Shown: positions 1-12,500 of the stretch, one piece after another
Layout: every line of letters starts with the position of its first letter
How positions within the stretch are numbered: position 1 is the first letter of the stretch
Origin: Eledone cirrhosa
Lineage: Eukaryota
Direction of reading: 5' to 3'
Assembly: GCA_964016885.1 (NCBI GenBank)
Contig: OZ024750.1
Span: 49,414,001 to 49,478,000, forward strand
DNA: 64,000 bases
Made by a program: the position numbers and the translations under genes
The notes under the pieces: generated by a model
Database searches by the model: none
Told to the model about the DNA's origin: nothing
Seen by the model: the letters and a program-made list of their open reading frames with translations, nothing else

Positions 1-46
1 CCTATATATTTCCGTGGGTACTTAGTACCTGTGGGGATATTAATCT

Positions 47-79
<33 letters not shown>

Positions 80-157
80 ACGATGGAAATGTGGTATGGA
101 ACCAGGTGGACCATAACACACCAAAGTACTCAATACTTAGTGTAGTAGAGTGGGTAA

Positions 158-262
158 TAGGAACGAGTAGGACCCCGACGGTTGAGCTCAAGCCGTTTCG
201 ACGGCTAATTCAGAATTAGCCGTCGAAACGGCTTGAGCTCAGGCGTCGGGGTCCTACTCGTT

Positions 263-298
<36 letters not shown>

Positions 299-335
299 AA
301 CGAGTAGGACCCGACGCCTGAGCTCAAGCCGTTTC
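158..335. repeat. Fold-back (inverted) fragments of a PLE pseudo-LTR end containing the 3' half of a hammerhead (GAAAC-ggcttgagctcaggc-GTC)
   Basis: Arms 158-211 and 213-266 are near-perfect reverse complements, with a third inverted copy at 294-335 after (TA)n. Same family as 18700-18830, 35318-36346 and 49005-49092. Confidence 0.8.
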
Positions 336-764
336 TTTTTTTAAATGCATATAATGTTACCTTTTTACACCAACGTTTGCAAATTTCTGTCTTATATGTT
401 TCTACACTTGATATGGCTTTCTATAATAATAGTACTAAACACTGTTTTTCTGGACACCTTTAGAAATAACCAGCTACTATAATAGCCCTAATAACTTGTC
501 TGTTACACTGTACTACTTTGACCCCTCTAACTAAATTTTGTCCGAACAACACCACTAGAAGAATCTACTTCCCAGCCAACCTTAGCATGCCTCATTAAGC
601 TAACTGCTTCCAAAACATTCTCTCTTCACAATCTCTACTAGTCTGACAGTCTTAAACCCTAAGACTCCCTCCACCTTACTCACTTCCCTCTTCCCCTTCT
701 CATCCTACCTCATTCTTTATCTTTTATCTAGTGTATAAAATATTTTCATATCATTCTAATACAA

Positions 765-881
765 AGGTCTGATGACATGGTGTGTTGGCTTACAGTGTAC
801 TTTCGGTTTTTGATAATATTTGTGTATTATTCAAGTAGCGAGGTATAGGTAACTCATACACTATAGAAACAATTGTTACCT
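765..881 (+). ncRNA. Type I hammerhead ribozyme motif with long stem II
   Basis: aggt-CTGATGA-c-atggtgtgt...atacactat-a-GAAAC-aatt-GTT-acct. Stem III is palindromic (ACAATTGT) and AATAAA follows at 882-887. Confidence 0.7.
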
Positions 882-922
882 AATAAATTCTATATACCCG
901 CATTTCCATTTCGTAAATTTTT

Positions 923-966
<44 letters not shown>

Positions 967-1408
967 CATATATGTGTATGTGTACGTGTGTGTGCGAATG
1001 TGTGTATGCGTGCGTGTGCTCGTATATGTTTATATGGAGTATGTGTGTATGTAATATATAGAAACATTCTATTGAAAACATCCTTTCCAATAGGAAAGCT
1101 TTGTGCGTCTGAACAGAAAGAGTGATGAAAGATAACGGTAAAATCTATTTTTTTAAATGTATACAATAAATAGCCTGAAGGCAAATAATCAATTTAGATC
1201 CTACGTTAGAACCATGCGTTAGAGTTAGATTATATTCCCTAACAGATTTAAGAAAATAAAGTATATTTGGTTTCCCATCAGCCCCTAAAAGGAACCGTTA
1301 TTCAAATTGCAAGCAGGGAAACACATTTTTTTTTATTGCTGATACTGTTTCTGTCGCAGCATCTGACGGAAGGACCAACGTGATAAACAACATTTTAATC
1401 ACGAACGC

Positions 1409-2490
1409 ACTCTGCTAGCTGCCCAGCTATCGAACTTATGTCCTAATGTTCGTGAGTCCACCATTCTGTCGGCTACCCAGCTATCGAAACTATGTCCTTA
1501 TTATCGTGAGCCAGCCCTCTGTCAGCTGCCCAGATATCGAACATATGTCCTAATTATTGTGAGTCCAGCACTCTGTCAACTGCCCAGCTATCGAACTTAT
1601 GTTTTAACATTCTGTATGACATATACTTTATTTATTTATTTTATAACTCTTACCTCATGCATTTCTTTATTACATTTTGCATTATATAACCTTAATATAG
1701 CCTTCTTTTCAATGCTATGTTATATTTTATCTATCATCTCTAACACCTTTTTAGCTTGGTACCTTTTGCACATGTATTACCTTAAAGAATATCTTTATAT
1801 ATAATATGCTTAATATTTCACTTGTCACTATTGCTCCTGATACTGTGATATCTGTAACATAACATCTTTTTGTAAATCCTGCTTTTCTATATGATGTCAT
1901 TCACTGTCAATAGTTAGTTTCTTTATCAATGTTCTGAAGACTAGCATTACAATTACTTGTTTAAACATTGTGTATGCTCCGATGATTCCAGACATTCGTC
2001 TGGAAGAAACAATTATCAGCAATTAAATGTATTAAACTAAATATATTTCATCTCCTACATTATACCCTATCGTATTATCTTCACTTCTAATATAACTTCC
2101 AATTTATTAATTTATTAAATTAAATAATACATATATGAATATATTTAATACTTTCATATTTATACCATCATATCTTTACCAACACCACAACTATTTTAAC
2201 CACCAATACCATCATATATTTATATTTTTACCACCAACACCACAAGTATTTTAAACACCAATACCATCATATCTTTATATATTAACCAGCTATCGAACTT
2301 ATGTCCTAATTATGTTGAATCCAGCTCTCTGTCAGCTGCCCAGCTATCGAACTTATGACCTTTTGATCATGACTCCAACACTCTGTCAGCTGCCCAGCTA
2401 TCGAACCTATGTCCCTATCATTGTGAGTCCAGCACTCTATCAGCTGCCCAGCTATCGAACCCGTCTCCTCATGATCTTGAGTCCAGCACT
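1409..2490 (-). repeat. 54-bp tandem repeat (about 8 units in two blocks, 1409-1602 and 2286-2490) resembling a tRNA-derived SINE head
   Basis: cccagctatcgaac recurs at about 1422, 1476, 1529, 1583, 2339, 2393 and 2446. The minus strand reads agagtgctggactcac...GTTCGAtagctggg (B-box-like). Confidence 0.8.
1975..2021 (+). ncRNA. Degenerate minimal hammerhead motif (U4C core)
   Basis: tgct-CCGATGA-ttccagac-attc-gtctggaa-GAAAC-aatt-ATC-agca, followed by ATTAAA. Confidence 0.6.
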
Positions 2491-3229
2491 CGATCCAAAT
2501 GCATTCAGAAGACTTCAACATAGAATGTTACAATCATTTGAATAAAGTAAAACGAATCTTTAGTTTAAAATAGAAGTAATTTCTTGAGAATGAATAACGA
2601 CATTTACAATGAATAATATATGGGGAATTAATCTTAATACGTTTTGAAGATTTAACTATTGTTACCTGAATATTTTTTTCAAATGCGCAGACAATATAAC
2701 CGCATGAATATATTTTCTCTTGATTCAATAATAATGTTTTATTTTCAGCGTCTTAGTACTTTTTATTTGTTCATTTTTGTTAAGAAAATCTTATTTTGTA
2801 CCCACTTCTTTGTTTGTTTCATTATTGTTGATTAGTAATGTGTAAAGAAAATATAAAGGATATCTCTAGAGAATACAAGAGAAAGCTCTACGTTGTACAG
2901 ATAATGTCTACACTTTCTGACATCAGATTTTAAGTCTGGTTATATCTATATCAACATAACGCAAAACAACTAAAATATTCAATACTGTAGTTCTCAGTAT
3001 AGCAAAACAGCATTTGTCTTTAAAATACAATTTCGTAAAAGGAATGTAAGTGCTAATGATATTATTTACAATAGGGGCAACTAACAAGAGGAAGGGAGAG
3101 GTTTATTTCCATATCACAGGCCCGGTCGGAGTACATGAGAGACATAGGACCGTTCCTACACTTAACATAACTACGAAACCACCTATGGCATATACTGCAG
3201 AGTGACGCATTATTGAAATTACTCGAGGA

Positions 3230-4440
3230 CTGTTTCATCCGAGCCTCATTTGCCTTCCCGCTAGTCTACCTATCGTATAGAAATCCCAGCATTATTTTTG
3301 TTACTGGCACAGTCATACCTCAAGTAACTGGGGTCCATCAGGGTGACCCTTTGGGACCCCTCGATGTCGCTCCGCTCATAGACCGTATTAATGGAAACAT
3401 CATGGCCCCTTTCAACGTTTGTTACCTGGATGATGCCACGCTGGGCGGGCCCGTGGTGACTGTCTGCCACAATTGCTGAGCGGAAGTTCTTGCTCTCGCG
3501 ATAGTCGACCTCGAGGTCAACTCATCTAAGTCGGAGATCGTGAATGTCAACCACAACGCAGAGGGCTTTGTAACCTCAGTCCCAGTTGTGCGACCCATTC
3601 ACCGCCATGTGCAGGTTACCCCAAAAGAGGATGTCCTCATCCTCTGGTCGTCGATCATCCCAGAAGCCATCCGCTCCACCTTCAGGTCCAAGCTGCAGCA
3701 GCTAATGAGCCTGACGAGCTGACATTATTGACGCTAATCCATCCCTCTTCAAGAACTGGTTTGGCCATGCCGAAACTCCTCTACACACGTCATAGCGTTC
3801 CTTGCTACAACCACGTATCTATCCTCGCTGACCTCGATACTTGTATCCAAGTGGCAGTTGAGGAGATATGCAACGTCGGGTTTGACGAGTTTGTATGGCA
3901 ACAGGCCACGTTACCTGTTTGAAACGGTGGCCCATGGTCTCCGCTCTTTCTGGCTTTGCCATCGTTTCTTTCGTTGGTAATTTCTTCCCCCCCCCCAAAA
4001 AAAAAAATGATTCTCCACGACAATTGAACCCATAGTGATCGAGGATGTTGAGGATGCTGCGAGACTTACTTAGAATTGGCTCGGACTCAACATGGTAGAT
4101 GGCCATTCCCCTCTACTCATTGTAGAGGGGAATGGCCAAAGTATATGGGATGCCATCGATTGCAACAAGGCCCCGGACAGGCTAGAACGGCAGCTCAACC
4201 CGCACCGTCTCACATGCTTTCGCTCTGCTTCGCAACCCCACAGTGGTGTCTGGCTCAATGACTTACACTTCTTTCCAACTGGTGCGTAGCTGGATAACGA
4301 CAGTCTGTGACTCGTGATTTCAATGAGACTCCACCTCCACCGGCATCCATCCGCTCTCCGGCCGCCTTCCACGCCATGCTGCTCTCAACGAGGTCATAAA
4401 GTATAACTTCGATGCTGCAGCCTCCCCTCCCGGCTCAAGC
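3230..4440 (+). mobile_element. Decayed CRE-like (R2-group) non-LTR retrotransposon RT fragment
   Basis: Translated fragments GVHQGDPLGPL, YLDDATLGG, LEVNSSKSEI, QATLPV and ASQPHSGVWLN; many stops and frameshifts. Confidence 0.75.
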
Positions 4441-4539
4441 CGGCGGTGGATTTCTCGAATCTGAGTGTTGATTGTGAAGCTGGAATGGACAATGCCGTAC
4501 GAGAAGATTAACTGCAGTCAGACAACGTTCGAGACAGTT

Positions 4540-5635
4540 CTTCTATACTAGAGTAGTGGGATGGTGATGTGTCCCTGCGTACGCATCTTCGCTGTCAATG
4601 TCTTGTATTCAGTCTTTGATACTGGCAGGTGTGGTGTTGTATTGATAGTCTGCTTGATTGTCGTTTGCTGGTCGGTTGATGGTGGACACGCTATACACAC
4701 AATAACAATCGTCTGATTGCCATTGTTTGTGTGTGTGTGTTGTTGTTTCGTTTGTTTACACGAGCCATCTCGTCTCACTTCTCTCATATCGCTTATTTAT
4801 TTTAGGTCCAAGGATTTTGATCCAAAGTGCTTCCTTGATTCTTAGAGCGCCGATCTGGCGTTCTGTCGCTAACACTGCGACAATGGGCCTTCCGTCTCTG
4901 TTTCTGCATTTGGTTATGTGTTTCCGGAAAGACGAAGCCCTGGTATTGATGTGCTCCTTTATCCGGGCATGTAGTGGCCGGATTGTGCTACCCATGTAGT
5001 AGTCTTTGCACTTGTCACATTCTACCTTATATATACGACGTACGTGCGTAAACAACAGTTCGTTTGGCGTATAGGACAGTTGCTGAGGGAACACACGTCA
5101 ACCAATTTCTCGAGTTTCCTGGAGAGGGATCTCTGTAGGGAGGGGCCCGAGTGGGCCAAGTGGATGTCGAGGACCTCCCTCCGTATGGCCCTGCGGATAG
5201 CTTTGGTGGTTTTCTAGCCCAGGTGTGTGATTTTAAGGAAGAACATGTCTTGGGTCTTTCTCTGTCTCTTGCGTCTGGTGTCTCTTACTCAGCTTGTATA
5301 TGATGCTGGGTATCCGTTCGTCTCCAGCACCATGAACAACCGCTTGGTATGGGTTACACCACTCACGAGATCGCTGCATCTGTTTTTAATCCGCGTGATC
5401 TAGTTCGTGATGTACCCTCTTTTAAAACAGTTAGGGAGGGCAGATTTGTAGTGGAAGAACAAGTCACTGCAGGCTGCCTTGTGGTAGAAGATGGTGTGGA
5501 TTCCTCCATGCTCCGTGATGTTGATTCGGAAGTTGAAGAGGGCCAGGGACCGTCGTCGTTGGTGGTGTTCAAAACTGAAATCAATATTCTCGTCCGTATT
5601 GCTGAACGTCTCTTAAATCCCGTTCGCTATTTCCT
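4540..5635 (-). mobile_element. 5'-truncated Penelope-like element (RT thumb + GIY-YIG endonuclease), decayed
   Basis: ORF 4756-5094 reads IYKVECDKCKDYYMGSTIRPLHARIKEH. The upstream frame gives FYHKAA and KRGYI motifs homologous to 49720-50500. The truncation abuts (TA)n. Confidence 0.85.
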
Positions 5636-5643
5636 ATGTGTGT

Positions 5644-5729
<86 letters not shown>

Positions 5730-5733
<4 letters not shown>

Positions 5734-6465
5734 GGTGATTAATCTCATTTGCATATAAAGCTGCATAAGTTGGCTCAACTTATAATAAAAAAAGAAAATA
5801 GGATGTCGCTTGAAGCATAGCTTTATACAATATGCATAAATATTTCGTATCTCCAAAGAAATACGGTTTTAGGAAGCCGTAGCTATGCAAACACCGGGGG
5901 GCGAATGCCCTCTGATGATGTCCAGCAGAAGCATGGGGGACAACCGTCATGCATCTCAGGCTTAACTGGCCTCCGTCAGGACGGTCCCTCCCACCGCTTG
6001 CGACTGCTGGACTAGAAGACAGGCGAGAATATATACTTTTCTCGTCTGTGTAAATGAGGTGATATAGCTACTGCATCCTAAAACCGTATTTCTTTGGAGA
6101 TACGAACTATTTATACATATTGTATAAAGCCATGCTTTAAGCGAAATCCTATTTCTTGTTTTATTATAAGTGGAGCCAACTTATGCAGCTTCATATGCAA
6201 ATGAGATTAATCACCTCATTTATACAGACGAGAAAATATTATCGCCTGTTTTCTAGTCCAGCAGTCGCAAGCTGTGGGAGGGACCGTCCTGACGAAGGCC
6301 AGTTAAGCCTGGAATGCATAGACGGTTGTCCCCCTTACTTCTGCTGGACATCACCAGAGGACGTCAGCCCCTCCCCCAGTGTTTCATAGCTACAGCTTCC
6401 TAAAACCGTATATCTTTGGAGATACGAAATATTTATACATGTTGTATAAAGCTATGCTTGAAGAA
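5730..6465. repeat. Inverted and partial-tandem pseudo-LTR arrangement between (TA)n tracts
   Basis: About 5732-5885 is inverted at about 6065-6220 and 6388-6462; about 5860-6060 is inverted at about 6210-6420. Confidence 0.8.
6283..6326 (+). ncRNA. Minimal hammerhead motif (second copy on minus strand at 5943-5985)
   Basis: accgtc-CTGACGA-aggc-cagttaa-gcct-GGAA-tgca-TA-gacggt. The other copy reads CTGACGG/GAGA; the two-copy consensus CTGACGA/GAAA is inferred. Confidence 0.6.
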
Positions 6466-6549
6466 AAATAATATTTCTTTGATATATATATATATATAGA
6501 ATAAGGAAAACCGAAGTAGTTTCAGATGTTCAAGTCCTTTAATAATAAT

Positions 6550-6728
6550 TGTTTCTACTTTAGGCACACGGCCAGCAATTACCCAGTGCATCACTGGTAC
6601 TTTATTTTATCGACCCCGTAAGGATGAAAGGCAAAGTCAACCTCGGTGGGATTTGAACTCAGATCGTAAAGGGACGTAACTATGCTGGAAAGCATGGCAT
6701 CCGACCCTCCACCGATACTGCCAATCCA
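6550..6728 (-). mobile_element. tRNA-derived SINE with 18-bp TSD
   Basis: Reverse complement of the 18286-18478 SINE. TSD aagtcctttaataataat at 6532-6549 and 6729-6746. Confidence 0.85.
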
Positions 6729-6746
6729 AAGTCCTTTAATAATAAT

Positions 6747-6820
6747 GCTGTGATATATATTTCAATGACGACACTGGCCACACTGTTCTGTGTGCGAGTG
6801 TCGTGTCATCATCAGACAGC
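6747..6820 (-). ncRNA. Type I hammerhead ribozyme, canonical core
   Basis: Minus strand: gctgt-CTGATGA-tgacacgacact...agtgtcgtcatt-GAAA-tatat-ATC-acagc. Related mutated copies lie at 8737-8798(-), 9949-10022(-) and 10981-11053(+). Confidence 0.8.
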
Positions 6821-6922
6821 TTGTTAGATATATATATATACATATATATATCCTGCTCTACGAGGGCATCGAGTGCTCACACAGCCTACCGCATACGGAC
6901 GTTTTGAGCATCCAAGACCAAT

Positions 6923-6991
<69 letters not shown>

Positions 6992-7019
6992 TAGGTAATT
7001 CCTTAAAAAAGCGTTGTTC

Positions 7020-7057
<38 letters not shown>

Positions 7058-7084
7058 ACAACGCTTTTTTAAGGAATTACCTTA

Positions 7085-7821
7085 CTGGTTCAGTCTAGTT
7101 CAACTGAATTGGTCTGTCCCAGTCATTCATTGAGCAACATCGGTGAAGTTGGCACCCTTAACTCACAGTTGGGTGCGGATGCATTCATGTATATATGTGT
7201 GTGTCCGCATGTATCTGTGTGTTTCTAAATATATTGTTAATAACTCCCTCTGGTCGAGCAATCTTTGAAGTGTGGGGACAACTGGAAAGCTTCCATTACT
7301 CATACTTCTCGCCTTCTTCACCACCTCTTCTACGGCCTCGACATGAATACCCCCTCCGTCTCCGTGGTATTTTCTTCGTGGTTATAGGAGGCTTAGCTCT
7401 GTTTCTCGACCGTTATATCGCGTGACTATCTCCCCCTCCGCCTTTTGGGATTCTTTCTCACGTCGTGTAGACGCGTTCTTGAGACTAGTAAAATGAGGTA
7501 TCCTCTTGATAAGTCGGCAGACCTCGCAAGGACTCTATATCTTTGATATATTGTTTTTGTTTATGCCACGAAACTACGTAGTCGAGGAATTTAGGAGCAG
7601 TTTAGGTATGATACATTTTATTACTAATTATATCTAAATGTTTCTTCTCTCTTCATAATGTATTTTTAACTCTGATACTGGTTCAGTCTAGTTCAACTGA
7701 ATTGGTCTGTCCCAGTCATTCATTGAGCAACATCGGTGAAGTTGGCCCCCTTAACTCACAGTTGGGTGCGGATGCATTCATGTATATATGTGGGTGTCCG
7801 CATGTATCTGTGTGTTTCTAA

Positions 7822-7825
<4 letters not shown>
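7085..7825 (+). mobile_element. Non-coding partial-tandem pseudo-LTR or retrozyme-like unit (about 594-bp period)
   Basis: 7085-7230 is repeated at about 7677-7823. The same family occurs inverted and in tandem at 19453-20540 and contains an HHR. Confidence 0.75.
7501..7588 (+). ncRNA. Hammerhead motif with compensatory U3-A8 core (UUGAUAA)
   Basis: tcctc-TTGATAA-gtcggca...tgccac-GAAAC-tacgta-GTC-gagga. Stem III is palindromic (ACTACGTAGT). The core is identical in all three copies. Confidence 0.75.
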
Positions 7826-7908
<83 letters not shown>

Positions 7909-8494
7909 TAAATATGTATATGATATGTACGTGTGTGTATATGTGTGGGTTTCCAAATTTGCATCGAACAATGTAACTCTTTCCTGGTTTAAACATGCAG
8001 TAATCTACATAAGATCTTATCGCATGTCTGTAGAAATATTGCATTAATTGAATAGTTCAATTGACATGCTTGAAATTCGTGGTATAAATACTTTCATTTA
8101 CAATTACTTAATTACTCGTTCTTTTTTATTCAATGAGCGTGATTGATTCAAGTGTATTTGTATGTTTGCATGTATATAGATTTTAAACGATGGACATATA
8201 GGTGGATAGCAATATACATACAACAAACATGTCACATTGCACGTGCACCAACGGTCACAAACATAATCTCCTCTCAAACATAATCAGTTAAAAACATTAT
8301 TATGCAGTAAAAGAACTAAATAACTGTAAATGTAATTATTTAACAGGAATAATAGGTGCAATTTAAAAAGTAAACACGAAACACGAAGCAGTATATACAC
8401 ACACACGCACACGCGCGCACAAAAACACAAAGCACACACACACACACATATGTGTGTGATAATATATATATATATTTATATATATATATATACT

Positions 8495-11055
8495 TAGGGT
8501 AAACATTGATGCAATTCAATTCAAGCACTCAACGTACTTATTCCACATAGGAGTAACGGAGTAAATATCGAATAAGGAAAACGAAGTTGTTTAAGATGTT
8601 CAAGTCTTTTAATAATAATTGTTTCTACTTTAGGCACAAGGCCAGCAAATACTCAGTACATTACTGGTACTTTATTTTATCGACCCCGTAAGGATGAAAG
8701 GCAAAGTTAACCTCGGCGGGATTTGAACTCAGACTGTATTTCAATGGCGACAGTGGCCACACTTTTCTGTGCGCCACTGTCGCGACTTCGTCAGACAGTT
8801 TGTTACATAATAAGGTTATGTTTCCGAGGCAATCCAAATTGAATCGATTAGGAACGGACGAAGTGTGCGCTTTTGGGTTCTTCATCCGTTCCCCTGTGTG
8901 TACCAATTCACCCCCACCGGTCTGAGCAGGGGCAGTTCCGAAGGAAGTTGACCATTAGCTACCGCATATTCTCAACGACATTCGCTTAGTCAGTTCCCTC
9001 TTCCAGCCAAACAATGACCCATTCAGGCCTGTAATATAGCTTACTGCTACCCATCCCGTCTGTGGCAGTCAGCCGAAAGCCAGTGGGGATGGGGAAGTGT
9101 TAGTATTTACAGGTCTCAATACTACCTCTCACCAAGCATGGACAGTATAATTGACCATCAACCTCTAAGAGAAAATATACTTAATTCTAGGTATCATTGT
9201 TTCACAGTGGAAGTTATGAGTGACACTTGGAAACTATAACTAAACATTAAAATTCAAAATCGAAAATCCTAAATCACATATCAGAAATTAGAAATTAAAA
9301 AATTAAAAATTAGAAATAAAAAAAATATTTCAAGTGAGAATCCGGATTGAGGTGAGTAAAAAAAATATAGATTGAAGTGAGTAAATAATATGCAGAGAGA
9401 TGTGTAAGTAAGAAGTTCTGAAAGGGGTATTAATGTTACAGTTATACTATCTACATACTGAACGATAGTACCGTACAGTAGAATGGAGGGTAAATTACAG
9501 TATGAAGGGTAGTAGTTAGTCGGGTAGATAGTTTGAATTTCTATAACATGGAACAAAACCAAAAAAATATATGATTTTCATTTTGTCCATGTATAGATTG
9601 AATGGAGGGCGCTCCTGTTCAAATGTGATTTGGTGCAGGGTTTATCGTTGTTTTTGTTTCCGCGTATTTATCCTGGCGAAAGTTATTATTATGTCCGTCC
9701 AGTGTCAGGGGTTTCCATCCAATGGTAGAGGGAATTTCCAGGGGTAGCTCATGGTTGGTTCCTTTCTTCTTCACCATATCGGTTACATCATAGAGCGCTC
9801 AACTAATTGGAGCTAAATTCTTAGGGTAAATATTGATGCAATTCAATTCAAGCACTCAACGTAGTTTTTCCACATAGGAGTGACGGAGTATATTATCGAA
9901 TAAGGAAAAGCGAAGTTGTTTAAGATGTTCAAGTTTTTTAATAATAATGCTATGATATATATTTCAATGGCGACAGTGGCCACACTGTTCTGTGCGCCAG
10001 TGTCGCGATAGCGTCAGACAGCTTGTAACAGTATAAGGTTATGTTTCCTAGGCAATCCAATTTGAATCGACATGGGAACGGACGAAGTGTGTGCTTTTGG
10101 GTTCGTCATCCATTCCCCTGTGAATGATCATCTTGCTTATATGTACTCTATGTTTTTTTTTTCTTTTGTGTACTTTATACCTATTTTTTTTTGGGGGGGG
10201 GGGGCGTTCCATGTGATGGAAATTATGACTATGTACCCAGTTAACTACTACCTTTCATACTGTAATTGACCCTCCATTCTACTGTACGGTACTATCTTCA
10301 GTATGTAGATAGTATAACTGCAACATTAGGACCCCTTTCAGAACTTCTTACTTAAACATCTTTCTGCATATTATTTACTCACTTCAATCTATATTTGTTT
10401 TACTCATCTCAATCCGGATTTTCACTTGAAAACCTTTTTAATTTCTAATTGTTAATTTTTTAATTTCTAATTGTTAATTTTTTAATTTCTAATTTCTGAT
10501 ATTTGATTTAGGATTTTCTATTTTGAATTTTAATTTTTAGTTAACATTTCCAACTCTCACTAATAACTTCCAATGTGAAACCATGATACCTAGAATTAAG
10601 TATATTTTCTCTTAGATGTTGATGGTCAATTATACTGTCCATGCTTGGTGAGAGGTAGTATTGAGACCTGTAAATACTAACACTCTCCCATCCCCACTGG
10701 CTTTCGGCTGACTGCCACAGACGGGATGGGTAGTAGTAAACTATGGTATAGGCCTGAATGGGTGAATGTTTGGCTGAGAGGGGGAACTGAATAAGCGAAT
10801 TTCGTTGAGAATATGCGGTAGCTAATGGTCAAATTCCCTCGGAACTGCGCCTGCGCAGACCGGTGGGGGTGAATTGGTATTCACAGGGGAACGGATGACG
10901 AACCCAGAAGCAAACACTTCGTCCGTTCCCATGTCGATTCAATTTCGAATGCCTCGGAAACATAACCTTATTATGTAAACGCTGTCTGACGATGTCGGGA
11001 CACTGGCGCACAGAACAGTGTGGCCACTGTCGCCATTGACATATATATCACAGGA
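8495..11055. mobile_element. Large PLE pseudo-LTR cluster: about 0.8-kb inverted repeat plus direct partial copy, each carrying an HHR
   Basis: About 8740-9555 is the reverse complement of about 10205-11040. About 8495-8900 is repeated directly at about 9820-10120, apart from the SINE insertion. Confidence 0.8.
8620..8734 (-). mobile_element. Partial tRNA-derived SINE (B-box to tail)
   Basis: Same sequence as 6550-6665, at the same position of the host repeat. Confidence 0.8.
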
Positions 11056-11476
11056 ATGTATACAGTGCTTATGACAGCTAATAAGCTAGAAACTAGCTCA
11101 TCGTTCCTTTGTCAGTGTTTAACAAAAGGTCAACGATGTTTGGCGAACACTGTATGGCTAATAATTCAGGTTGTTTGTTTACAAACAAACCGAACATTAT
11201 AATACATGTTCGGTAAACCCATACGTACATATATATAGATATGTGTCCATGTATGTATATACATACTACTGTACGTATGTAAATATATATGTTTGTACGT
11301 ATACAGCTCGTAATGGACATGGTTATACGGAACAGGAAGGACAGCCGTACGAACGCGCATGCGCAGAAACTGTCACTTCACACATGCAATACTAAAAAGC
11401 GTGCGAGAGTGTAAGGGAGATAACTGCGAAAGTCCGAAAAGTTTCTAGTTGATAACAACAATTAGGATGTTGTGAT

Positions 11477-12500
11477 TCAATCCGGAGCTTTATAGTTATG
11501 GAAGAGGTGAATCAAAACGTGTGGACAACGTGTGAAGAATTCATTTCTCGTGTTTAGGCAATCACTATTGCATAATATCTTTAGAATATTTATTCGTTCA
11601 TCAATACATAGTCCACACGACGGATCGCCCCTCGCGTATGGCTTGGACTTAGTGATGGCTTTCCATTGAATGGAGTAGTCTATACTTGAGGCCTTGAGGG
11701 ACCATACGGGGCTCGCGCGTTTCGTGAATGAACGTCTGTCCGGGTACCTGAAGGTCGACTGGTGGTTCAGGAAGTGTTCCTTAAATCGGTCCTCCGCCAT
11801 ACCCACATAGGATTTGACCTCCTGTGGTTGATTTGGTCGGTTGGAAGCGACCACGGCTTCATAAATTACAGCGGGTGTGTTGCATTGCTGTTGAAGGGTT
11901 CAAGATTCGGGCTTACGGCAAGAGCACCCTGCTGTGGTGTTGCTCTTATGGCTGTTTGTGATGTGGGCCTTCATGTTCTTAGCGCAGGAGTATCCTAGTT
12001 TTACATTCTGTCGGTTAAAGATGAAGTGGTATTTATGACATATTTAGATGACAGGTTTCAGATTCTAGTACTGATATTATTTACGAAGTTTCTAAAAAGA
12101 GTGGGAGGGTGGCATTAGTCCTTGTGAAATTAATTGAGTTTTTCGTTTAGCTTATGGAAGTGTCTGTAGGCGTGTGTGCGAAGGTCTAAATTAATGTCTA
12201 AGAAATCTACGCTAGAGAGGTTGGTAGCTACTGTTATCATAAGTTCTAACTCATTGAAGGTAGAAGCTAAGTCTTTTTTAAATCGGTCGAGGTCCTGACC
12301 ACTGTTATGGCTCGATAAGGTCAGTCCGTCGTCGCGGTATATTTCCCGTGTGGAAGTCCGGGAATCTAACACATAATATATCTAAAATAAATAGGCCAAC
12401 CAAGTCGCATACGTCAGCACTGTCAAACGATCCCATGGAGACGTCGAATAGGTTTGAAGTTGTTGACTTATTTGCCCAGGCTACTCTGCCGTTGAAGAGG
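11477..12500 (-). mobile_element. 5'-truncated Penelope-like element (RT + GIY-YIG), decayed
   Basis: FDVSMGSFDSADVCDLVGLFIL, IYRDDGL, VDFLDINLDL, SYVGMAEDRFKEHFLNH and CGLCIDE...LNTRNEFFTRCPH. The truncation abuts (TA)n. Confidence 0.88.

Noticed and set aside
1409-2490. CRISPR-like regular repeats
   Set aside because: The intervening parts are homologous to each other rather than unique spacers, there are no cas genes, and the context is eukaryotic.
11065-11100. HHR-like string CTTATGA...GAAAC-tag
   Set aside because: G5 is missing and neither the cleavage triplet nor stem I fits; too degenerate.
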